Shown here one piece after another: positions 60,723 through 64,000 of a stretch of DNA of 64,000 nt. This DNA comes from Verrucomicrobiia bacterium. GTDB taxonomy: Bacteria > Verrucomicrobiota > Verrucomicrobiia > Limisphaerales > UBA1319. Each line of letters starts with the position of its first letter. Positions within the stretch are counted from its first letter, which is position 1. Made by a program: the position numbers and the translations under genes. The DNA lies in contig OY760937.1 of NCBI GenBank assembly GCA_963664225.1, positions 1,632,001-1,696,000 on the forward strand, in the 5' to 3' direction. A model generated the notes under the pieces. It was not told the origin of the DNA. It did no database searches and worked only from the letters and a program-made list of their open reading frames with translations.

Positions 60723-62549
60723 ATGAACTTGAATCCGCTCCGCGATGCCACGCAGATTTCGCTGCTCCTGGCAAGCTTCCTGACCGTGCTGACGGCGCCA
60801 CTGCTTGCCGCGGCGGCTGACCTGGACTACACAGTCTCCTGGGTTGGAAACTCGTTCTCTGGCGCCAGCAACAAGTGGGTCCAAAATTTCTTCATTCACA
60901 TGAACACCGCCCCGGATGGGGCCTGCTACACATGGAGTCATTGGGACGAAGGCGGCAAAAAATTCGGGGTCTATAAGAACGGGGACGTCATCGGCAACAC
61001 GAACACCAATCCAAACAGCCTTAAGGTCAAAGACAAGGCCGGTCACACATGGCAGTTGAACGTGGAAAACGTCGAGCCAAAGTTCAACGAGTTTGAATTT
61101 GTTCCCAAAAACATCACCTGCGACGGCGCGGAAATACATTTTCCCGAACTATACCAGCCCACGGCCCTGGCCCTGGACAATGACGGCGCTCTCATGGTTG
61201 CCGATTCCCTGACCGGTCCGCGCCAGCAAGTCCTCTTCTATGACATTACCGATTCCGCCCACCCCAAACTCATCAAAGCTTTCGGTGACTACGGCGGCAT
61301 TGCCTCGGGCAAACCGGGCATCGTCACCCCCACCAAGTTCTGGGGCATTCGCGGCATCGGCATGGACGCTGCGGGGAATATTTACGTGGCAATGAGCGAA
61401 ATGGGGACCGTTCTGCGAGCATTCGATCCGGATGGCAAACTTCTATGGGAGCTTTACGGGCACTTCTTTGTGGACCTGGCCTGTCCCGATCCCTCAACCG
61501 ATGGTCGCGATGTTTGGGGCATTCAGGAACACTACACGATGGATTACTCCCAAATCCCCAGCCCCGGCACGAAGCCTCAACCGAGAATTAGTCCAACCTT
61601 CGACGGCAGATTTCACAATCCTCCGGGCGTTCAATGGACCGGTTACTCGTTGGATCGCCACAAATATCCGAATGACCCTCGCGGCCTGATGCACGTAAAG
61701 CAACAGGGCGAACATGGCCTGACCTCGCCACAGATTGTCTATCTCAACGGGCGGCGATTCATGTTCGTCGGCGGCATGTTTGCCAGTAACTTTATCAACA
61801 TCTTCCGTTTTGAGGATGAAATCGCCATTCCCGCCGGCCTGATCATGCAATGGGAAAATGCCATATATCGCACGGATCAACCCTGGCCTCCCAACAAGCC
61901 CAAAGGAACATTCATCTGGCGCGACCAAAATGGTGATGGCGATTATCAGCCTGAAGAGTTCTCCGCAAACACCTCGCGTATTCGTCCCGGACCGTTCTGG
62001 GTGGATAAATCGGGCAATATCTGGATGGCTTATGGCTTTTTTCGCTATGATCTTCAAGGGCTGGACGCCATGGGCAATCCCATTTACAAAGCCGATAAGA
62101 TCACGATCATGGATCCCCCCAATGGCGTTCAGAAGATCGCGCGTGTCTGGTACGACGTGGAAACCGATACACTTCTTGTGGCGGACGAAGGCAGTGACAT
62201 GCGCCACATTAACCGGGTGTTCATCTGCAAAAAATACCTCGCCGGAAACCGCGACACTGTTTCATTTGTTTCCAGTGCGGGCTCTGAGGCGGAATGCGTT
62301 ACTGCCGCAGGCGATTACGTCTTCACAGGCGGATGGAAGGAGCGCGGCCGCATTTGGGTTAACCGCCTCAGCGACGGGGCTCCCGTCGGAGTCTTCGACC
62401 CGGGCCCAACCGTTGGCGGCGTCGAGAATACCGGATGGATTGATATTCTGACTGGCATCTCCGCCTTCAAACGCGCCAATGGCGAATACCTGGTTTTTGT
62501 CGAAGAAGATTACAAGGCCAAGGCCCTGCTCTATCGATGGAAACCTTAG
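60723..62549 (+). CDS. Secreted beta-propeller (NHL-like) hypothetical protein
   Basis: Signal peptide; PTALALDNDG.L.VAD and GIGMDAAGNIYV repeats. Confidence 0.65.
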   Translation: MNLNPLRDATQISLLLASFLTVLTAPLLAAAADLDYTVSWVGNSFSGASNKWVQNFFIHMNTAPDGACYTWSHWDEGGKKFGVYKNGDVIGNTNTNPNSLKVKDKAGHTWQLNVENVEPKFNEFEFVPKNITCDGAEIHFPELYQPTALALDNDGALMVADSLTGPRQQVLFYDITDSAHPKLIKAFGDYGGIASGKPGIVTPTKFWGIRGIGMDAAGNIYVAMSEMGTVLRAFDPDGKLLWELYGHFFVDLACPDPSTDGRDVWGIQEHYTMDYSQIPSPGTKPQPRISPTFDGRFHNPPGVQWTGYSLDRHKYPNDPRGLMHVKQQGEHGLTSPQIVYLNGRRFMFVGGMFASNFINIFRFEDEIAIPAGLIMQWENAIYRTDQPWPPNKPKGTFIWRDQNGDGDYQPEEFSANTSRIRPGPFWVDKSGNIWMAYGFFRYDLQGLDAMGNPIYKADKITIMDPPNGVQKIARVWYDVETDTLLVADEGSDMRHINRVFICKKYLAGNRDTVSFVSSAGSEAECVTAAGDYVFTGGWKERGRIWVNRLSDGAPVGVFDPGPTVGGVENTGWIDILTGISAFKRANGEYLVFVEEDYKAKALLYRWKP

Positions 62550-62611
62550 TCCCGGTGATTGCAGAGTTTCAATCCGCTCGCCCCGGGAATGCGCGCGGTT
62601 AATCCCATCCC

Positions 62612-64000
62612 CTACCAAACACGGATCAGGGCGGCGCCATGGCGACGTATGGCGATTTCATATCCATCAGCCATTTTGCCCAGGTCTTTCTGACTCCATA
62701 AGTCCCGGACCTTGTGACCGCCGGACAATCCCAGGTCGCTCCATTTGACCGTGACCGTGGCTTCTTCATCCCCGCGGTTAAACAGGCCCACAGCCATGGA
62801 GCCATCCTCCATTTTCTTGGCCCAGACTTCGGACGATCCATTTTTCACGTAACGTTTGGCGGCATTGCCGAGCGGGTCTTGATTGACTTCGAGAACGTCA
62901 TCGTTGGTCAGCAAATTGAGCGTGAAGGGATCGAGCTGGGTCATATCGCAACCAATCAACAATGGCGAACAGGCAAGACTCCACAAGGTGATATGCGTGT
63001 ACTGTTCGCTGGGCGTCAGCCGGCTGGGACGCAGTTGAGGTCCCCACCCCACCTTGCCCACCACCAGCATGTCCGGATCGTTCCAGTTGCCTGGTTTTAC
63101 ATACTTGTAAAGTTCCGTTTGTGCAAAACCGATTCCCGACATGCTACCCCAGGTATCGACAATATCCCCGGTGGTGCGCCAGCAATTCCCGCCCACGCGA
63201 CCGCCCCATTGCGAAACGTCGCCCATGCCATACTGGCAGAGGCTGAATACGATATCACGCCCCGCCTTGTCCAGGGCCGACCTCATCACGGCGTAAGGCG
63301 TGATCAAATCCTGTCGTTTCTGGAACTCGGGAGCAGACCAGGCATTGGTCCATACCCCAATGCCAATGGCCCGGGTGCGGGTCGCTTCCAATTTGGGATC
63401 ATATGAACACCAATCGTATTTCAAATAATCAATGCCCCAATCCGCATAACTCTGGGCATCGAGGTATTCATGATCAAAGCTTGCCAGACATCCCCCGCAG
63501 GTGGTTGGGCCGGGCGATGAATAAATGCCAATGCGAAGACCAAGACCATGGACATAGTCCGCGAGGCCCTTCATGTCGGGAAACCTGGGATTGGGAACAA
63601 TCTTTCCGTCTGCATCCCGGCCCGGCCCTCCCAAAGACGGGTCGTTTGAGCCTTCGTTCTTCTCCCAGAAATCATCGATGTTAATATAGGTCCAGCCATG
63701 ATCGGCCAGGCCGCTGGCCACCATCGCATTCGCAGCCGCTTTCACCTTGTCCGCAGACACAGCGCCGGCAAAGCAATTCCAACTGTTCCAACCCAGCGGA
63801 GGAGTCAGGGCAATCTGGTCGCCACAAACTATTTTTAAAGAGCGTTTCGCCGATCCCTGGCTGTTCCTGGCGGTCAACTTCACAACATACGAACCCGCTT
63901 TATCGACTTTGCCCGAGATGATTCCTGACTTCGCATCGAACACAAGCCCCTTGGGCAATCCCCCGACTTTGAACGTCATCGGACGCTCCCCTGTGGCCGG
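62612..64000 (-). CDS. GH27 alpha-galactosidase with putative Ig domain (5' end outside window)
   Basis: TPPLGWNSWN, YINIDDFW, DYLKYDWC, WRTTGDI, WNDPDML. Confidence 0.93.
   Translation of the reverse strand, partial: PATGERPMTFKVGGLPKGLVFDAKSGIISGKVDKAGSYVVKLTARNSQGSAKRSLKIVCGDQIALTPPLGWNSWNCFAGAVSADKVKAAANAMVASGLADHGWTYINIDDFWEKNEGSNDPSLGGPGRDADGKIVPNPRFPDMKGLADYVHGLGLRIGIYSSPGPTTCGGCLASFDHEYLDAQSYADWGIDYLKYDWCSYDPKLEATRTRAIGIGVWTNAWSAPEFQKRQDLITPYAVMRSALDKAGRDIVFSLCQYGMGDVSQWGGRVGGNCWRTTGDIVDTWGSMSGIGFAQTELYKYVKPGNWNDPDMLVVGKVGWGPQLRPSRLTPSEQYTHITLWSLACSPLLIGCDMTQLDPFTLNLLTNDDVLEVNQDPLGNAAKRYVKNGSSEVWAKKMEDGSMAVGLFNRGDEEATVTVKWSDLGLSGGHKVRDLWSQKDLGKMADGYEIAIRRHGAALIRVW

Overview
GC-rich bacterial chromosomal segment. 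The gene styles (H-X9-DG prepilin-type proteins, kinase-linked ECF, delta-60 and LRR_5 secreted proteins) suggest Verrucomicrobiota or another PVC lineage; this is inference. Housekeeping and metabolic genes (cpo, cydAB, asd, nfeD-floA, panE, eno, panC, nadB, an IorAB-like molybdoenzyme, pyrD, GH27) are interrupted by two repeat-rich accessory zones at about 25.3-28.4 kb and 41.4-50.4 kb. These zones hold two complete group II introns whose EBS1 loops match short repeat arms, with empty target sites nearby. They also hold an IS3-family element without a target duplication, a 390-bp tandem repeat, a nucleotidyltransferase plus small-protein pair, and a short integron-like cassette array with four attC-like sites and no integrase in the window. 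At 52.2-58.5 kb there is a compact, translationally coupled operon: ECF sigma, anti-sigma-like gene, PilB/GspE ATPase, two PilC/GspF, and pilins, with no secretin. No rRNA, tRNA or CRISPR array was seen. All calls come from reading motifs by eye; no database search was run.
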